In this document: one piece after another, positions 62,103-64,000 of the stretch
Layout: each line of letters opens with the position of its first letter
How positions within the stretch are numbered: the first letter of the stretch is position 1
Source of the DNA: Malacoraja senta
Taxonomy: Eukaryota
Assembly (NCBI GenBank): GCA_038087875.1
Contig: CM075987.1
Span: forward strand, 27,220,001 to 27,284,000
Direction of reading: 5' to 3'
DNA length: 64,000 bases
Made by a program: the position numbers and the translations under genes
The notes under the pieces: generated by a model
What the model was told of the DNA's origin: nothing
Database searches by the model: none
Seen by the model: the letters and a program-made list of their open reading frames with translations, nothing else

Positions 62103-63243
62103 CTGGAAGACACAAGATCAAAACACACAGATGAATTCAGGTCAACAAATATGACACACCATGCAAAGGTATAATCATGCAGGTGAAGGAATTAGTGAGA
62201 ATGAGAATTAATAATTTACCTTGTATGGGTGGTGAATCTGTGGAATTCATTGCCATAGACGGCTGTGGAGGCCAAATCAATGGATATTTTTAAGACAGAG
62301 ATGGATAGATTTTTGATTAGTATGAGTGTCGGGGGTTATGGGGAGAAGGCAGGAGAATGGGGTTAGGAGGGAGAGATAGATCAGCCATGATTCAATGGCG
62401 GAGTAGACTTGATGGGCCGAATGGCCTAATTCTGCTCCGAGAACTTATTAAAGCAAAGGTCAGACGAAATAACAACACGGCCAGTGTTCACTATATGTGA
62501 ATATATTCAAAATCACAAAAAAGTGTATGACTCAATATCAGTAATTTACTTGCCGAGTTTTGTAAATGTCTTACTATTTGCTTTGAGACCCTACTTCATA
62601 AGTTCACGTTACTAATCAAGAATCTGTCAATCACCGCCTTAAAAATATCCATGAACCTGGCCTCCACAGCCGTCTATGGCAATGAGTTCCAGATTCACCA
62701 CCCATACAAGGTCAATTATTAATTCTCATTCTCACTAATTCCTTCACCTGCATGATCTGCCCTTGATGATCAATTATACATTAATTGTTCAGCACTAACC
62801 ACTGCTCCGAGGATTCGTAATGCTTAATTCAATCTTTTTCATCTTGCCACAGCTGATGCTTTTTCAACGTAGGAGCCTAAAGTAACCCGACACTGATTTT
62901 AATTTGAAACCGCTGGAATATTTACTCGGTACAGCCTAATTGCTGTCCGCAAACAGTTTTCAAGGTTATGGGACGAGATTCACTTGTTCATTCATTGCCC
63001 TGTGTGGTCAGTTCACTGGCATCTGTGATTGACATTAACTCCAATACAGTAGAGTCATGGAGTGATACAGTGTGGAAACAGGCCCTTCAACCCAACTTGC
63101 CCACACCGGCCAACAATGTCCCAGCTACACTAGTCCCACCTGCCTGCGTTTGGTCCATATCCCTCCAAACCTGTCCTATCCATGTACCTGTCTAACTGTT
63201 TCTTAATCAGTGACTCTGAGAATCTGAGGATTTCTTAATCAGA

Positions 63244-63800
63244 GTGCCTCTGAAGATCCTCCAGTGCGTCTACTCAGCGGCTGTGGAAAGCATCTTGTCC
63301 GGAAACATCACAATCTGGTTTGGGAATTGCTCTGCCCAGGGCAAGAAGGCTCTGCAGAGAGTAGTGCGTTCGGCCAAACGCACAATGGGAACTACACTCG
63401 CCCCCCCTGCAGGAACTATACATCAGAAGGTGCAGATCCAGAGCCAACAAGATCATGGGAGACCCCTTCCACCCCAGCAACGACTGTTCATGCTACTACG
63501 GTCAGGCAAATGCCTCTGTTGCCATGCTGTGAGAACAGAGAGGTCGAGAAGGAGTTTCTTCCCAGAGCCCATTAGGACTGTAAACTCCTATCTCACCAAT
63601 TTACTGTTGTGTTGTGTCTTTTTAAAATGGCTGTTTTTTCTTTTTTTTCCTCCCACAAATATGTAACATGTGAATATGTGATTCTGTTCCATTCCGTTTG
63701 TAGGTTTGTTTGTTTGTTTGCACAATCCGCGAGCATTGCCACTTTTCATTTCACTGCACATCTCGTATGTGGATGTGACGAATAAACTTGACTTGACTTG
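63244..63800 (+). mobile_element. Rex1/Babar-type LINE 3' fragment inserted in a minus-strand CR1 tail
   Basis: YSAAVESILSGNITIWFGN..FFPEPIRTVN; aataaacttgacttgacttg tail; CR1 halves at ~63050-63205 and 63804-63896. Confidence 0.8.
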
Positions 63801-64000
63801 ATCATTGGGATAGTCCCAACCTCAACTACCTCCTTTGGCAGCTTGTTCCATACACCCACCACCCTTTGTGTGAAAAAGTTACCCCTCAGATTCCTACAAT
63901 CTGCCCTTGACGATCAATTATACAGCGGAGTCATTTGGATTCCAGCTATTTAAAGCTGGCGAGCTCAATCAATTATTTCTGCATTGGTCACTGCTGTTGG

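Noticed and set aside
61531..62134. Repetitive ORFs (SPSSDGELH..., [10 protein letters not shown]..., MEFPVTAG...) as novel repeat proteins, or the array as CRISPR
   Set aside because: They are off-frame or antisense readings of the 60-bp exon-end duplication. There are no unique spacers or cas genes, and the context is eukaryotic.

Overview
Eukaryotic, repeat-dense vertebrate DNA, most likely a cartilaginous fish (skate/ray/shark), inferred from abundant HE1-type tRNA-derived V-SINEs and their partner CR1/HER1 LINEs. The only host gene I can support is the 3' half of a PNPLA7 (NTE-related patatin-like lysophospholipase) gene on the minus strand. I traced 11 coding exons with GT-AG boundaries and consistent phases from 62102 to the stop at 9190. 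They include the GGGGAR oxyanion motif, the GTSIG catalytic serine and the DGG aspartate, followed by a probable ~3.1 kb 3' UTR ending near an AATAAA at 6058-6063. The introns are filled with CR1 LINEs (two 5'-truncated copies of ~2.6 kb), Rex1/Babar and L1 fragments, HE1 SINEs, one AFC-like CORE-SINE and many Penelope-derived terminal repeats. Three observations stand out. (1) A 6 x 60-bp tandem array has amplified the end of the GGGGAR exon together with its splice donor, giving five extra identical donors that all lie behind an in-frame TGA. (2) Minimal hammerhead-ribozyme cores occur in the Penelope-derived repeats, one of them sense-oriented in the 3' UTR. (3) Locally templated 20-27 bp snippets and an inverted duplication recur at retrotransposon junctions. 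There is a 200-N assembly gap at 4531-4730. Repeat boundaries are approximate; no database searches were run.
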